53,442 bases of DNA from Rubrivivax sp. (lineage in GTDB: Bacteria; Pseudomonadota; Gammaproteobacteria; Burkholderiales; Burkholderiaceae_C): the NCBI GenBank assembly GCA_031427055.1, contig JANPMR010000553.1, positions 1 through 53,442 of the forward strand, read 5' to 3'. Numbering within the stretch: position 1 is the stretch's first letter; every line of letters begins with the position of its first letter. Positions 1 through 14,016 of the stretch are shown here, piece by piece. The notes under the pieces were generated by a model. That model was not told the origin of the DNA and made no database searches. It saw nothing but the letters and a program-made list of their open reading frames with translations. A program made the position numbers and the translations under genes.

Positions 1-1108
1 TGACCACCTCGAGGTTGACGAGGTGGCGCGCCACGCCGTATTCGTCGCTGATGCCGTTGCCGCCCAGCATGTCGCGCGCGGTGCGGGCGATGTCCAGCGC
101 CTTGCCGCAGCTGTTGCGCTTCATGATGCTGGTGAGCTCGACCGCGGCCTTGCCTTCGTCCTTCATGCGGCCCAGGCGCAGGCAACCCTGCAGGCCCAGG
201 CTGATCTCGGTCAGCATGTCGGCCAGCTTCTTCTGGATCAGCTGGTTGGCGGCCAGCGGCTTGCCGAACTGCTTGCGGTCGAGCACGTACTGGCGCGCGC
301 GCTGGTAGCAGTCTTCGGCCGCGCCCATGGCGCCCCAGGCGATGCCGAAGCGGGCGCTGTCCAGGCAGGTGAAGGGGCCCTTCAAGCCGCGCACGTCGGG
401 AAAGGCGTTTTCCTCGGGGCAGAACACGCCGTCCATGACGATCTCGCCCGTGATGCTGGCGCGCAGGCCGACCTTGCCGTGCACGGCCGGCGCGCTCAGG
501 CCCTTCCAGCCCTTCTCGAGCACGAAGCCGCGGATGGAGCCTTCGTCGTCCTTGGCCCAGACGACGAAGACGTCTGCGATCGGGCTGTTGCTGATCCACA
601 TCTTGCTGCCGCTCAGGCTGTAGCCACCGGCCACCTTCTTCGCGCGCGTGACCATGCTGCCGGGGTCGGAGCCGTGGTCGGGCTCGGTCAGGCCAAAGCA
701 GCCGATCCATTCGCCGGTGGCCAGGCGCGGCAGGTACTTCTGTTTGGTGGCCTCGTAGCCGAAGGTGTTGATGGGCACCATCACCAGCGAGCTCTGCACG
801 CTCATCATCGAGCGGTAACCCGAGTCGACGCGCTCGACCTCGCGCGCGATGAGGCCGTAGCTGACGTAGTTGAGGCCGGCGCCGCCGTAGACCTCGGGGA
901 TCGTCGCGCCCAGCAGGCCCAAGGCGCCCATCTCGCGAAAGATGCCCGGGTCGGTGGACTCGTGCCGAAAGGCCTGCTGAACGCGCGGCAACAGCTTGTC
1001 CTGGCAGTAGGCGCGCGCGGCGTCGGCAATGGCGCGCTCGTCTTCGTTGAGTTGCTGTTCGATCTGCAGCGGGTCGGCCCAGTCGAACGAGGCGCGAGAG
1101 GTGGCCAT
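1..1108 (-). CDS. gcdH: Glutaryl-CoA dehydrogenase (acyl-CoA dehydrogenase), 3' end runs off the window
   Basis: Manual translation from ATG at 1108: [25 protein letters not shown]...[19 protein letters not shown]...[17 protein letters not shown], typical GCDH motifs. Absent from the ORF track because there is no stop in the window. Confidence 0.9.
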   Translation of the reverse strand, partial: MATSRASFDWADPLQIEQQLNEDERAIADAARAYCQDKLLPRVQQAFRHESTDPGIFREMGALGLLGATIPEVYGGAGLNYVSYGLIAREVERVDSGYRSMMSVQSSLVMVPINTFGYEATKQKYLPRLATGEWIGCFGLTEPDHGSDPGSMVTRAKKVAGGYSLSGSKMWISNSPIADVFVVWAKDDEGSIRGFVLEKGWKGLSAPAVHGKVGLRASITGEIVMDGVFCPEENAFPDVRGLKGPFTCLDSARFGIAWGAMGAAEDCYQRARQYVLDRKQFGKPLAANQLIQKKLADMLTEISLGLQGCLRLGRMKDEGKAAVELTSIMKRNSCGKALDIARTARDMLGGNGISDEYGVARHLVNLEVV

Positions 1109-1154
1109 CAGGGATGCTCCGGGAGAGTGGAAGGTGGGTTGTGTTGAATGCGGT

Positions 1155-1556
1155 TCAGAGCGGCACCACGGCCGTGGCCTCGATCTCGACCTTGGCGCGA
1201 TCTTCCATCAAGGCGCTGACCTGCACCGCCGACATGGCGATGGTGAAGTTGCCGATCAGCTCGCGAAAGGCCTTGCCGATGGCCGGCCCTGCGGCCATGT
1301 ACTCGCGCTTGTCGGTCACGTACCAGGTCATGCGCACGATGTGTGCCGGTGTCGCGCCGCCGGCCGCCAACACCGCGACGATATTCTGCAATGCCTGGCG
1401 CGCCTGATCAGCAAAGTCATCGCTCGCGAATCGCTCTTGCTCGTCCCAGCCGATCATGCCGGCGACGAAGATCGTGCGGCCGCGGGCCGTGTCGGCCGAC
1501 ACGCCGTTGGCGTAGCCCTTGGGGCGCGGCCAGCCGGTGGGGAGCAGGGCTTGCAT
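1155..1556 (-). CDS. RidA/YjgF family protein
   Basis: [18 protein letters not shown]...[10 protein letters not shown]...[10 protein letters not shown]; start trimmed to the ATG preceded by GGAG. Confidence 0.9.
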   Translation of the reverse strand: MQALLPTGWPRPKGYANGVSADTARGRTIFVAGMIGWDEQERFASDDFADQARQALQNIVAVLAAGGATPAHIVRMTWYVTDKREYMAAGPAIGKAFRELIGNFTIAMSAVQVSALMEDRAKVEIEATAVVPL

Positions 1557-1585
1557 GGCGGTTTCTCCTGTTCGGGATGTCGGGC

Positions 1586-3196
1586 TCAAGGCTCGTCGTG
1601 CAGCCTGAAGCGCTGCAGCTTGCCGGTTTGCGTGCGCGGCAGCTTGTCGACGAAGGCGATGGCGCGCGGGTACTTGTAGGGCGCCACGCTCTGCTTGACG
1701 AAGTCCTGCAGCGTCTTGGCCATCGCCGGCCCGGGCATGGCACCCGGGCGCAACACGACGAAGGCCTTGACGATCTGGCCGCGCTCGGCGTCGGGCACGC
1801 CGATGACGCCGCATTCGGCGACAGACGGGTGCTGCATCAGCGCTTCTTCCACCTCGGGGCTGGCGATGTTGTAGCCGGCCGAGATGATCATGTCGTCGGT
1901 GCGCGCGTGGTAGTGAAAGTAGCCGTCGGCGTCCAAGGTGTAGGCGTCGCCGGTGTAGTTCCAGCCGTCGCGCACATAGCTGGTTTGACGCGCGTCGGCC
2001 AGGTAGCGGCAGCCTGTGGGGCCCTTCACGCGCAGTTGGCCCACCGTGCCGGGCGGCACCGCGTGGCCGGCGTCATCGACGACTTCGGCGCGGTAGCCGG
2101 GCACGGGTGTGCCGGTGGCGCCCGGCCTTGCGTGGGCCTCGTCGGCCGAGATGAAGATGTGCAGCAGTTCGGTGGCACCGATGCCGTCGATGAGCTCGAT
2201 GCCGGTGGCGTCCTTCCACAGCGCGCGGGTCGATGCCGGCAGCGCCTCGCCGGCCGAGACGCATTTGCGCAGCCTTGTCGTGCGCAGCGCGGCGCCGTGT
2301 GCGGCCAGCGCGCGGTACGAGGTTGGCGCGGTGAAGAGCACGGTGGCGCCGAAGGTCTGAATGGCGTCCAGCAGTTGCGGCGGCCCGGCCTTCTCCAACA
2401 GCACGGTCGACGCACCCACCGCCATCGGAAACAGCACCAATCCGCCCAGCCCAAAGGTGAAGGCCAGCGGCGGGCTGCCGATGAAGACGTCGTCCGCTGT
2501 TGGACGCAGCACATGCGGCGGCCAGCAGTGGCACACCGCCATCACGTCGCGGTGGAAGTGCATCGTCGCCTTGGGCACACCGGTGGTGCCCGAGGTGAAG
2601 CCGAACAGACAGGTGTCGTCGGCGGCGGTGTCGACGTTGGCGAATGGACCGGGATGGCGGCGCATTGCGGCCTCCAGGCCGCCTTGCGCGTCGCTGTGGA
2701 AGTGGCGCACGTGGGCCAGCATGGGCGCACTTGCAGCCGCCTCGCGCAGCTCGTCGGCCAGCGCGGCGTCGCACAGCGCATGCGTGACCTGGCCGATCTC
2801 GATGATGGCCTTGAGCTCCTTGGCGCGCAGCAGCGGCATCGTGGCCACCGCGACGGCACCGGCCTTCATCACGGCAAACCAGCACGCCACCAGCATCGGG
2901 TTGTTGGGTGCCCGCAGCAGCACGCGATTGCCCGGCACCAGGCCCATGTCGTGCACCAGCACGTGGGCGATGCGGTCGGCCTTGTCCTGCAATTCGGCAT
3001 AGGTCCAGGACAGGCCGGGCGCGCGGATGCACACGCGGCCGCCACGCCCTTCGCGCACGGGCTTGTCGAGCAGTTCGGTGGCGCAGTTGAGTTGCGCCGG
3101 GAACTGCAGCTCGGGCAGCTCGAACAGGAACTCGGGCTGCTGATCTGGCGGCGGCAGGTGGTCGCGGGCGAAAGTGTCGACGTGGGCGCTGGGCAT
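1586..3196 (-). CDS. abmG: 2-aminobenzoate-CoA ligase (benzoate-CoA ligase family)
   Basis: AMP-binding motif FTSGTTGVPK, DGIGATE, C-terminal PRTQTGKLQRF; N-terminus SAHVDTFARDHLPP typical of anthranilate-CoA ligases; operon context. Confidence 0.85.
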   Translation of the reverse strand: MPSAHVDTFARDHLPPPDQQPEFLFELPELQFPAQLNCATELLDKPVREGRGGRVCIRAPGLSWTYAELQDKADRIAHVLVHDMGLVPGNRVLLRAPNNPMLVACWFAVMKAGAVAVATMPLLRAKELKAIIEIGQVTHALCDAALADELREAAASAPMLAHVRHFHSDAQGGLEAAMRRHPGPFANVDTAADDTCLFGFTSGTTGVPKATMHFHRDVMAVCHCWPPHVLRPTADDVFIGSPPLAFTFGLGGLVLFPMAVGASTVLLEKAGPPQLLDAIQTFGATVLFTAPTSYRALAAHGAALRTTRLRKCVSAGEALPASTRALWKDATGIELIDGIGATELLHIFISADEAHARPGATGTPVPGYRAEVVDDAGHAVPPGTVGQLRVKGPTGCRYLADARQTSYVRDGWNYTGDAYTLDADGYFHYHARTDDMIISAGYNIASPEVEEALMQHPSVAECGVIGVPDAERGQIVKAFVVLRPGAMPGPAMAKTLQDFVKQSVAPYKYPRAIAFVDKLPRTQTGKLQRFRLHDEP

Positions 3197-3207
3197 GCCG
3201 GCTCTCC

Positions 3208-4386
<1,179 letters not shown>

Positions 4387-4387
4387 G

Positions 4388-5250
<863 letters not shown>

Positions 5251-5251
<1 letters not shown>

Positions 5252-5829
5252 CAAGGTCCCTTTGCAGTCTTGGGCTTGGCAGCCAAGGGCACGGCCGGTT
5301 TCGAATCGGTCGGCACGGCCTGATGCGTGAGCTGCACGCGCAGGCGGCCCAGCATCTCGTACAGCGACTCCTTGAAGCCCGGTGCACAGCCGCTAAACAG
5401 CTCCGTCAGCCAGGCCTCGTGCCGCGCCGCCATGCGGGCAAACTGCTTGCGGCCCGCCGGCGTGAGCCGCACGATGAGCGAGCGGCGGTCGGTGGCGTCG
5501 GCCACGCGCTCGACATGCCCTTCGGCCACCAGCTGATCGGTGAGGCCGGTGACGTTGCCGCCGGTCACCATCAGGTAGCGCGACAGCGCGTTCATGCGCA
5601 GGCCCTGCGGGTGGCGCTCAAGCTGCGCCAGGTAGTCGAAGCGCGGCAGCGTGGTGGCAAATTCCTGGCGCAGCCGGCCGCGAATCTCTTGCTCGATCTG
5701 CGTGCTGCACGACAGCAGGCGCAGCCAGACCTTGACCGCCAGATGGTCGTCGGCCGCGGCCCGGCCCTCGAAGCCGATGCGGTCGGCCGCCAGGGGGCTT
5801 TCGCGCTGGATCACGGGCGGCGCATTCAC
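5251..5829 (-). CDS. MarR family transcriptional regulator
   Basis: [12 protein letters not shown]...[19 protein letters not shown]...[13 protein letters not shown]; GTG start overlaps the upstream stop (GTGA). Confidence 0.88.
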
Positions 5830-8228
5830 GTTGCCGACTTGGCGCCGGCCTGCGCCTTTTCGCGCGCGACCAGCGACTCCATCTGCGACTTGCCGGCGCG
5901 GTACTGCTTCGGCCACGGCTGTGGTGTGTAGCCGATCCGCGCCGCCTCGGTCAAGGTCCACGCCGGGTTGGCCAGATGCGGCCGCGCCACGGCGCAGAGG
6001 TCGGCACGGCCGGCGGCGATGATGCTGTTGACGTGATCGGCCTCGCTGATGGCGCCCACCGCCATGGTGGCGATGCCCGCCTCTTGCCGGATGCGGTCGG
6101 CAAAGGGTGTCTGGTACATGCGGCCGTAGGTCGGCTTCTGCGCGGCGCTGACCTGGCCGGACGAGACGTCGATCATGTCGGCACCGGCGGCCTTGAAGGC
6201 GCGTGCGATTTCCACCGCGTCGGCCGGCGTGATGCCGCCGTCGACCCAGTCGTGCGCCGAGATGCGCACCGATATCGGCAGGTGATCTGGCCACACGGCG
6301 CGCACGGCGGAGAAAACCTCCAGCGGGTAGCGCAAGCGATTGGCCAGGCTGCCGCCGCAGTCGTCATCGCGATGGTTGGTCAGTGGCGAGATGAAGCTCG
6401 ACAGCAAGTAGCCGTGCGCGCAGTGCAGCTCCAGCCAGTCGAAGCCGGCGGCTGCGGCACGGCGCGTGGCGGCCACGAAGTCGAGGGTGACGGCGTCCAT
6501 GTCGGCGCGCGTCATGGCGCGTGGCACGGCGCCGTCGGCCAGGTAGGGCAGGGCGGAGGCGGCGATCAGCGGCCAGTTGCCGGCCGGCAGCGGCTGGTCT
6601 GCGCCGGCACCGGCCCAGGGCTCATTGGTCGAGCCCTTGGGCCCGGCGTGGCCGATCTGGATGCCGATGCGTGCGTCCGACTTGCTGTGCACGAAGGCGA
6701 CGATGCGCTGCCAGGCGGCGCCTTGCGCATCGTTCCACAGCCCCGGGCAGCCGGGGGTGATGCGCGCGTCGGCGCTGGTGCACGTCATCTCGGCCATCAC
6801 GAGCGCCGCGCCACCGACAGCGCGCGCGCCCAAGTGCATCAGGTGGAAGTCGCCCGGCACGCCATCGACGCAGGAGTACTGCGCCATCGGCGAGACAACG
6901 ACGCGGTTCTTCAGCGTCACCGAGCGCACCTTGTACGGCGTGAACATGGGCGGTTTGGGCCCCCAGGCCGCGGCCGCGGCTGCGCCACGGTCCTCGCCAC
7001 CCCCCGACGGGGCTGCCACGCCTTGGGGCGGCCCGGCGGCGTGGCGGGTTGCGCGTGCGGCGAACCAGCGCTCAAAGCCCTCCAGCCAGCCCTTGTCGCG
7101 CAGGCGCAGGTTCTCGTGGCTGATGCGCTGGCTGCGCGTGAGCATGCTGTACATGAACTGCTCGGGCTCGAGTTGATCGCAGTAGCGCGCGCCGCAGACC
7201 TCGAACCATTCCATCGCGTTCCAGGCCGCGTTCTGCAAGCGCAGGGTCTCGATGCGGCGCGATTCCTGCCAGGTGCTCAGCACCTCGGTGATGTGCTGCG
7301 GGCTGTCGCCCAGGCGCTGAAACTGCTTGGCCAGTTCGATGGCGTCCTCGATGGCCAGCTTGGTGCCCGAGCCGATGGCGAAGTGGGCCGTGTGCACCGC
7401 GTCGCCCATCAGCACGACGTGGCTGCCGTTCGGGTTGCGCAGCCACCACTGTTCGCACACCACGCGCTGGAAGTTGAGCCAGGCCGAGCCGCGCAGGTGC
7501 CGCGCGTTGGTCATCAGCGTTGCGCCCTGCAGGCTGGCGGCGAAGATCTGCTCGCAGAAGGCGACCGACTGCTCCGGGTCGGCCTGGTCCAGGCCATGCG
7601 CCAGCCACACGGCCTCGGGGCACTCGACGATGAAGGTCGTGGTCTGGTCGTCGAACTTGTAGATGTGGGCCTGGAACCAGCCGTGCTCGGTGCGCACGAA
7701 GTCGAAGGTAAATGCGTCGTAGAGCTTGTTCGTGCCCAGCCAGATGAAGCGGTTGGGCCGCGTCACGATGTCGGGTTTGAAGACGTCCGCATAGCGGCTG
7801 CGGATGCGCGAGTTGATGCCGTCGCTGGCGATGATGAGGTCGGCGTCGGCGTAGGTCTCATCGCTCTCGACCTCGGTCTCGAAGACCAGCTTCACATCCA
7901 AGCGCTCGCAGCGCCGCTGCAGGATGTTGAGCAGCTTCTTGCGCCCGATGCCGACGAAACCGTGGCCGCCGGATCGGATGGTGCGGCCCTTGAAGAGCAG
8001 TTCGATGTCGTCCCAGTGGTTGAAGGCCTGCTCGATCTCGGCGGCCGTCTCGCCATCCCACTGGCGCATGTTGTCCATGGTGGCGTCGGAGAACACCACG
8101 CCCCAGCCGAAGGTGTCGTAAGGCTTGTTGCGCTCGACCACCTGCACCTCGTGCGCCGGGTTGAGCTTCTTCATCAGCAGCCCGAAGTAGAGGCCGGCGG
8201 GGCCGCCGCCGATGCAGACGATCTTCAT
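5826..8228 (-). CDS. abmA: Bifunctional 2-aminobenzoyl-CoA/salicylyl-CoA monooxygenase-reductase (FAD monooxygenase fused to old-yellow-enzyme domain)
   Basis: N-terminal GGGPAG FAD motif, DG motif, [18 protein letters not shown]; C-terminal OYE domain with SPMAQYS and [13 protein letters not shown]. Confidence 0.88.
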   Translation of the reverse strand: MKIVCIGGGPAGLYFGLLMKKLNPAHEVQVVERNKPYDTFGWGVVFSDATMDNMRQWDGETAAEIEQAFNHWDDIELLFKGRTIRSGGHGFVGIGRKKLLNILQRRCERLDVKLVFETEVESDETYADADLIIASDGINSRIRSRYADVFKPDIVTRPNRFIWLGTNKLYDAFTFDFVRTEHGWFQAHIYKFDDQTTTFIVECPEAVWLAHGLDQADPEQSVAFCEQIFAASLQGATLMTNARHLRGSAWLNFQRVVCEQWWLRNPNGSHVVLMGDAVHTAHFAIGSGTKLAIEDAIELAKQFQRLGDSPQHITEVLSTWQESRRIETLRLQNAAWNAMEWFEVCGARYCDQLEPEQFMYSMLTRSQRISHENLRLRDKGWLEGFERWFAARATRHAAGPPQGVAAPSGGGEDRGAAAAAAWGPKPPMFTPYKVRSVTLKNRVVVSPMAQYSCVDGVPGDFHLMHLGARAVGGAALVMAEMTCTSADARITPGCPGLWNDAQGAAWQRIVAFVHSKSDARIGIQIGHAGPKGSTNEPWAGAGADQPLPAGNWPLIAASALPYLADGAVPRAMTRADMDAVTLDFVAATRRAAAAGFDWLELHCAHGYLLSSFISPLTNHRDDDCGGSLANRLRYPLEVFSAVRAVWPDHLPISVRISAHDWVDGGITPADAVEIARAFKAAGADMIDVSSGQVSAAQKPTYGRMYQTPFADRIRQEAGIATMAVGAISEADHVNSIIAAGRADLCAVARPHLANPAWTLTEAARIGYTPQPWPKQYRAGKSQMESLVAREKAQAGAKSAT
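6957..7037 (-). repeat. 81-nt structured palindromic element inserted in frame in abmA (resembles the Betaproteobacterial repeat element)
   Basis: Minus strand GCCGGGCCGCCCCAAGG...GCCCCGTCGGGGGGTGGC...CCTGGGGGCCC with an outer stem and two inner hairpins; encodes [27 protein letters not shown] in the interdomain linker. Confidence 0.65.
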
Positions 8229-8290
8229 GTGTGCGGGGCCTTTCGTGCCGACGACGACGGCGGCTGGCTTGGGCTGCCTGCCGATCAATT

Positions 8291-8319
8291 ACTTTAGATG
8301 TCAACTATTTATCCGTCAA
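8291..8319 (-). promoter_or_regulatory. Sigma70 promoter of the abm operon, overlapped by an imperfect palindrome (putative MarR operator, 8290-8307)
   Basis: Minus strand TTGACG-17 nt-TAAAGT; TACTTTAGATGTCAACTA matches its reverse complement at 12/18 positions; AT-rich island. Confidence 0.65.
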
Positions 8320-8416
8320 CTGCCTGGGTCGCATTCCGGTCTGGGGTTTACCCTTGACGCCGCCACAGACCGCGCGCGCGTTTACGGCGTGTGAGCTCAT
8401 CATTCAACTTTCAATC

Positions 8417-9106
8417 ATGAGCGACCGTATGCAACGACGACACCTTCCGCTTGCGCTTGGCCTGTTGGCGCTGGGCGCGGCGCGGCCGCTCCACGCACGC
8501 GCGCTCAGCGAACGCGACGCCGCGGCCGGCGTGCGCCAGGCCCTGCAGCGCGGCGCCGAAGCGGCCCTGTCACTGCTGGGCCGGCAGGACGGATTTCTGG
8601 GCAACCCGGCGGTTCGCATCCCGCTGCCGGGGCACCTGGACGACGTGGGCCGCCTGCTGCGCAAGCTGGGCCAGGGCCGGCGCGTCGACGAGCTGCTCAC
8701 GGCCATGAATCGCGCCGCTGAAGCCGCGGTGCCGCAGGCGCGCGCGATCTTGCTCGACGCCGTTCGCAGTGTCAGCGTCGAAGACGCGCTGCAAATCGTG
8801 CGTGGCGGCGACACCGCAGTCACGACCTTCTTCGCGCGCAAGACGCGTTTGCCGCTGGGCGAGAAGTTCCTGCCCATCGTCACCACGGCCACCGAGCGCG
8901 TGTCGCTGGCCGACAAGTACAACAAGGTGGCGGGCAAGGCGGCCGGCCTGGGTGTCGTCAAGGCGGAAGACGCCAACGTTCAGCAGTACGTGACGCGCAA
9001 GGCGCTCGATGGCCTGTATCTCGTGATCGGCGAGGAAGAGCAGAAGATACGGCGCGACCCGGTGGGCACCGGCAGCGCGCTGCTGAAGGCGGTGTTCGGC
9101 CGCTGA
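8417..9106 (+). CDS. DUF4197 family exported protein
   Basis: Signal-like N-terminus; LGRQDGFLGNPAVRIPLP, MNRAAEAAVP, ALDGLYLVIGEEEQKIRRDP. Alternative start at 8429. Confidence 0.8.
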   Translation: MSDRMQRRHLPLALGLLALGAARPLHARALSERDAAAGVRQALQRGAEAALSLLGRQDGFLGNPAVRIPLPGHLDDVGRLLRKLGQGRRVDELLTAMNRAAEAAVPQARAILLDAVRSVSVEDALQIVRGGDTAVTTFFARKTRLPLGEKFLPIVTTATERVSLADKYNKVAGKAAGLGVVKAEDANVQQYVTRKALDGLYLVIGEEEQKIRRDPVGTGSALLKAVFGR

Positions 9107-9128
9107 TGTCGACCACGGCGCGGCGGTT

Positions 9129-9205
9129 TGGTCTGCCCGGCGTGACTCGAACACGCAACCCCCAGCTTAGAAGGCTGGTGCTCTATCCGGTTGAGCTACG
9201 GGCAG
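9129..9205 (-). tRNA. tRNA-Arg(UCU)
   Basis: CTGCCCGTAGCTCAACCGGATAGAGCA-CCAGC CTTCTAA GCTGG-...GTTCGAGTC...GGGCAGACCA; 77 nt, encoded CCA. Confidence 0.96.
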
Positions 9206-9255
9206 ATGGAGCGCTCGAGTCTAGGAGCCCGATGGCAGCCCGATTGCAGCCCGGC

Positions 9256-9948
9256 TCACCGCTGCGCGTACTGCGTCTTGCCAAACAGCACCTCGCGCGA
9301 TTTGTCGTCGGTGAGCGCCTTGCGCTGATTGGCCAGCACCTCGACGCCCCGCACCACCGCCGGCCGTGCGGCGATCTCGTCGAACCAGCCCTTGAGGTGC
9401 GGATGGTCGTTCCAGTCGATGCCCTGGTTCTTCCAGCTGCGCAGCCAGGGAAATACCGCGATGTCGGCGATGCTGTATTCGGGCCCGCCCAGGTACTTGC
9501 TCTTGGCCAGGCGGCGGTTCATGACGCCGTACAGGCGCTTGGCCTCGTTGGTGTAGCGGTCGACCGCGTAGGGGATCTTCTCGGGTGCGTAGATGCGAAA
9601 GTGGTGTGCCTGGCCCAGCATCGGGCCGACGCCGCCCATCTGGAACATCAGCCACTCGAGCACCTCGTACTTGCCGCGCACGTCGGCCGGCATCAGGCGA
9701 CCGGTCTTGCCCGCCAGATAGAGCAAGATGGCGCCCGACTCGAAGAGCGAGATCGGCTTGCCATCGGGCCCGTCCGGGTCCGAGATGGCCGGGATCTTGT
9801 TGTTGGGGCTGATGGCCAGAAACTCGGGCTTGAACTGGTCGCCGGCACCGATGTCCACGGCGTGCGCGCGGTACGGCAGGCCGCACTCCTCCAGCATGAT
9901 GTGAACCTTGTGGCCATTGGGCGTGGCCCACGAATACACTTCAATCAT
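9256..9948 (-). CDS. yfcG: Glutathione S-transferase, YfcG-like (nu class)
   Basis: MIEVYSWATPNGHK, ISPNNKIPAI, LFESGAIL, YSIADIA. Confidence 0.85.
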   Translation of the reverse strand: MIEVYSWATPNGHKVHIMLEECGLPYRAHAVDIGAGDQFKPEFLAISPNNKIPAISDPDGPDGKPISLFESGAILLYLAGKTGRLMPADVRGKYEVLEWLMFQMGGVGPMLGQAHHFRIYAPEKIPYAVDRYTNEAKRLYGVMNRRLAKSKYLGGPEYSIADIAVFPWLRSWKNQGIDWNDHPHLKGWFDEIAARPAVVRGVEVLANQRKALTDDKSREVLFGKTQYAQR

Positions 9949-10002
9949 CGATACCCTCCGCGGCTGCGCCTGCGGGCCGGCCTTGTCAACGGACTCTAAA
10001 CC

Positions 10003-10737
10003 ATGCTCGATGGCTTGAAGCGCTTGTTCTCCGGCTCCGGGGGTTCGACGTCCAGGGACTGGGAGGGCGTCGTGCCCTGGGCCAAGTCCAAGGAGTACGC
10101 CTTCCGCGAGGTGCAAGGTGAAGGCTTCGTCATCGACGGCCGCTTGAGCACGACGCCCTGGCGCATGGAATGGGGGCCATCGCAGCGCCCCTACATTCAG
10201 GGCCACGAGTTGCGGCTGCGCGCCGAGCTCGGCTTGAGTTCTGACCTGCAGGTGGTGGTGCTCAACCGCGTGCTGCAAGAGGCGATGGAGAAGAGCGTCT
10301 TCGACCAGTACGTCGAAGGCGTGCAGACGCGCATCGACAACCAGACCCCGCCCGAGATGCGCTGGCTGGTGATGTTTCCCAAGATCGGCAGCGCCGAACT
10401 CGGCGCGCTGAAAGATCGCTACGTGGCGCTGGGCAGCATGAAGACCTGGCTGGCGCAATGGCTGGAAGGCCCGCTGGCGCTGGCGCTGGGTGGCATGCAT
10501 CTCGAGGCCGAGACACCTGTGGTGCTGATGATCGGCCGCGGCCGGCTCATGCTGCGCACCGCCATGCCCGACCCCCCGGTGGCGCTGCTGCAGGCTTGGC
10601 TGCGGCTCTTTGAGGTGGCCATCCGCGAGGCCAAGCGCGTGGCCAACGAGCACGCCGATTCGGTGTCGCCCAGCACGCACGGCAGCCTGTGGTCGGCCAG
10701 CGCGCTGCCCGGAGACGAGCGCGACGGAACCAAGTAG
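10003..10737 (+). CDS. Hypothetical protein
   Basis: 244-aa ORF with gene-like codon usage filling the gap between flanking genes; no family recognised. Confidence 0.75.
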   Translation: MLDGLKRLFSGSGGSTSRDWEGVVPWAKSKEYAFREVQGEGFVIDGRLSTTPWRMEWGPSQRPYIQGHELRLRAELGLSSDLQVVVLNRVLQEAMEKSVFDQYVEGVQTRIDNQTPPEMRWLVMFPKIGSAELGALKDRYVALGSMKTWLAQWLEGPLALALGGMHLEAETPVVLMIGRGRLMLRTAMPDPPVALLQAWLRLFEVAIREAKRVANEHADSVSPSTHGSLWSASALPGDERDGTK

Positions 10738-10759
10738 GCGCCGGCTGCCGGCGCCTTGA

Positions 10760-12010
<1,251 letters not shown>

Positions 12011-12035
12011 GATCGTCTCCTGGGGTGTGTGGGGG

Positions 12036-13133
12036 TCAGCGCGGTGTCTGCGCCGAGTGGGCAAACTGCCAGGCCATCTCGGCCAGCGTGCGCGTGGCGG
12101 CACCGGTGGCGCGCGCCTGCGCGCTGGATGCGATGCCGTCGACCACGCGCTTGGCAATGCCTTGCGTGATGGCGGCCAGCCGGAACAGGTTGTAGGCGAG
12201 GTAGAAGTTCCAGTCGGCCATCAATGCATCGGGGTCGCTGCGGCCGGTGCGCTGGCAGTAGCGGCGGACGTATTCGCGCTCCGACGGGATGCCCAGAGCC
12301 GCGTGGTCCAGCCCGCCGATGCCGCGGAACACGCCCGGCGGGATGTGCCAGGCCATGCAGTGGTAGCTGAAGTCGGCCAGCGGATGGCCCAGCGTGGACA
12401 GCTCCCAGTCGAGCACGGCGATGATGCGCGGCTCTGCCTTGTCGAACACCAGGTTGTCGAGCCTGAAGTCGCCATGCACGACCGAGACCTGCGAGGCGTC
12501 GAGCGCTTCGGCCGGCAGGTTTGCCGGCAGCCAGTCGATCAGACAGTCCATCGCGGCGATCGGCTCCGTCACCGAGGCCAGGTATTGCTTGCTCCAGCGG
12601 CCGATCTGGCGTTCGAAGTAGTTGCCCGGCTTGCCGAATCCGGCCAGGCCGTCGGCGCCGACGTCGACCTTGTGCAGCGCAGCGATGACACGGTTCATCT
12701 CGTCGTAGACGGCGCCGCGCTGGGCCGGCGTCATGGCCGGCAGGGCCTGGTCCCACAGCACGCGGCCGTCCATGAATTCCATGACGTAAAAGGCGCGGCC
12801 GATGACGGCCTCGTCCTCGCACAGCACGTGCATCTGCGCCACCGGTACGTCGGTGCCGGCCAGGCCGGCCATGACGCGGAACTCGCGCTCCACCGCGTGC
12901 GCCGATGGCAACAACTTGGCGGCCGGGCCGGGCTTGGTGCGCATCACATAGGCGCGTTGCGGGGTCAGCAGCTTGTAGGTCGGGTTGCTCTGGCCGCCCT
13001 TGAACTGCTCGACGCTCAAGGGGCCGGCAAAACCAGGCAGCGTGCGCTCGAGATGGGCCTGCAGCGCGGCGACGTCGAAGGCGTGGCTCGCCGACACCGC
13101 CCGCGTGCCAATGAAGTGGTCGAAGTCGGTCAT
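12036..13133 (-). CDS. Phosphotransferase (APH-like, ACAD10/11 N-terminal kinase type)
   Basis: [17 protein letters not shown] and [13 protein letters not shown] motifs; paired with the adjacent ACAD. Confidence 0.9.
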   Translation of the reverse strand: MTDFDHFIGTRAVSASHAFDVAALQAHLERTLPGFAGPLSVEQFKGGQSNPTYKLLTPQRAYVMRTKPGPAAKLLPSAHAVEREFRVMAGLAGTDVPVAQMHVLCEDEAVIGRAFYVMEFMDGRVLWDQALPAMTPAQRGAVYDEMNRVIAALHKVDVGADGLAGFGKPGNYFERQIGRWSKQYLASVTEPIAAMDCLIDWLPANLPAEALDASQVSVVHGDFRLDNLVFDKAEPRIIAVLDWELSTLGHPLADFSYHCMAWHIPPGVFRGIGGLDHAALGIPSEREYVRRYCQRTGRSDPDALMADWNFYLAYNLFRLAAITQGIAKRVVDGIASSAQARATGAATRTLAEMAWQFAHSAQTPR

Positions 13134-13146
13134 TCGAACAGCCCCT

Positions 13147-13851
13147 TCAGCGGTCGGCCGCAGCCATCAGCTTGTCGCGCGACAGCACCACCAGGCGCGT
13201 CGGCTCGACACGCACCGCGCCGTCGCGCTCGAAGGCCTTGAGCTCCTGGTTGACGCGCTGGCGCGAGGCGCCCAGCAACTGCGCCAGGTCTTCCTGCGCC
13301 AGCGCCAGGCCGATGCGGATCTCGTCGCCCTGTCGTGTGCCGTAACTGCGGGCCAGCAGCAACAGCTGCTTGGCCAGCCGGGCCTGCAAGGGCCGCGTGT
13401 TGAGATCCTCGAAGTGGTCGAACATCAGCCGCAAACGGCGGCAATTCAGGCGCAGCAGCGCGTCGTAGAGCTCGACATGCTGCGCCAGCAGCGTCTTGAA
13501 GTCGGGCTTGCTGACAACGAGCAACGCGGTCGCGCCATGCGCGTCGGCGTCGTGCGTGCGCGGCAGGCCATCGAAGAGCGCGATATCGCCGAACCAGGTG
13601 CCGGGCTCGGCGTAGGTCAGCGTGACCTGCTTGCCCGAGAGCGACACCGTGCTGATGCGCACCGCGCCGCGCGCCACGCCGCACCATTGCTCGGCGGGTG
13701 TGCCGCGTGATGCCAGCGCGTCGCCATCGGCCAGCCGGCGCACTGTGGCGCGGGCCAGGATCGCGCTCTGGAGCGCCGCTGAAAGCTTGCTGAACCACGC
13801 GCCGGTCTCGATGTTTTGCTGCTCGTCGATTGTAAGAACGGGGTTCGGCAT
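13147..13851 (-). CDS. Crp/Fnr family transcriptional regulator
   Basis: cNMP domain (WFGDIALFDGLPRTHDA) plus HTH (QEDLAQLLGASRQRVNQEL). Confidence 0.88.
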   Translation of the reverse strand: MPNPVLTIDEQQNIETGAWFSKLSAALQSAILARATVRRLADGDALASRGTPAEQWCGVARGAVRISTVSLSGKQVTLTYAEPGTWFGDIALFDGLPRTHDADAHGATALLVVSKPDFKTLLAQHVELYDALLRLNCRRLRLMFDHFEDLNTRPLQARLAKQLLLLARSYGTRQGDEIRIGLALAQEDLAQLLGASRQRVNQELKAFERDGAVRVEPTRLVVLSRDKLMAAADR

Positions 13852-14016
13852 GGCTTGTCTCTGACGCGACAGGGGGCGGAGGCGATTGTCCCTCGCGCCG
13901 GGCCGTGGCATCGCGCACGGATCGACCCTCTGCCACACGCCTGAGCCGGTAACTCTTCGTGCTAGAGTGTTTCGATCCCCTGCCTCGCGGCGCCAGCCGC
14001 ATACCTCTCGAACCGC

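Noticed and set aside
9129-9205. tRNA-Arg(UCU) and tRNA-Leu(CAA) as possible island integration sites
   Set aside because: No integrase, no duplicated tRNA 3' end and no compositional shift seen nearby.
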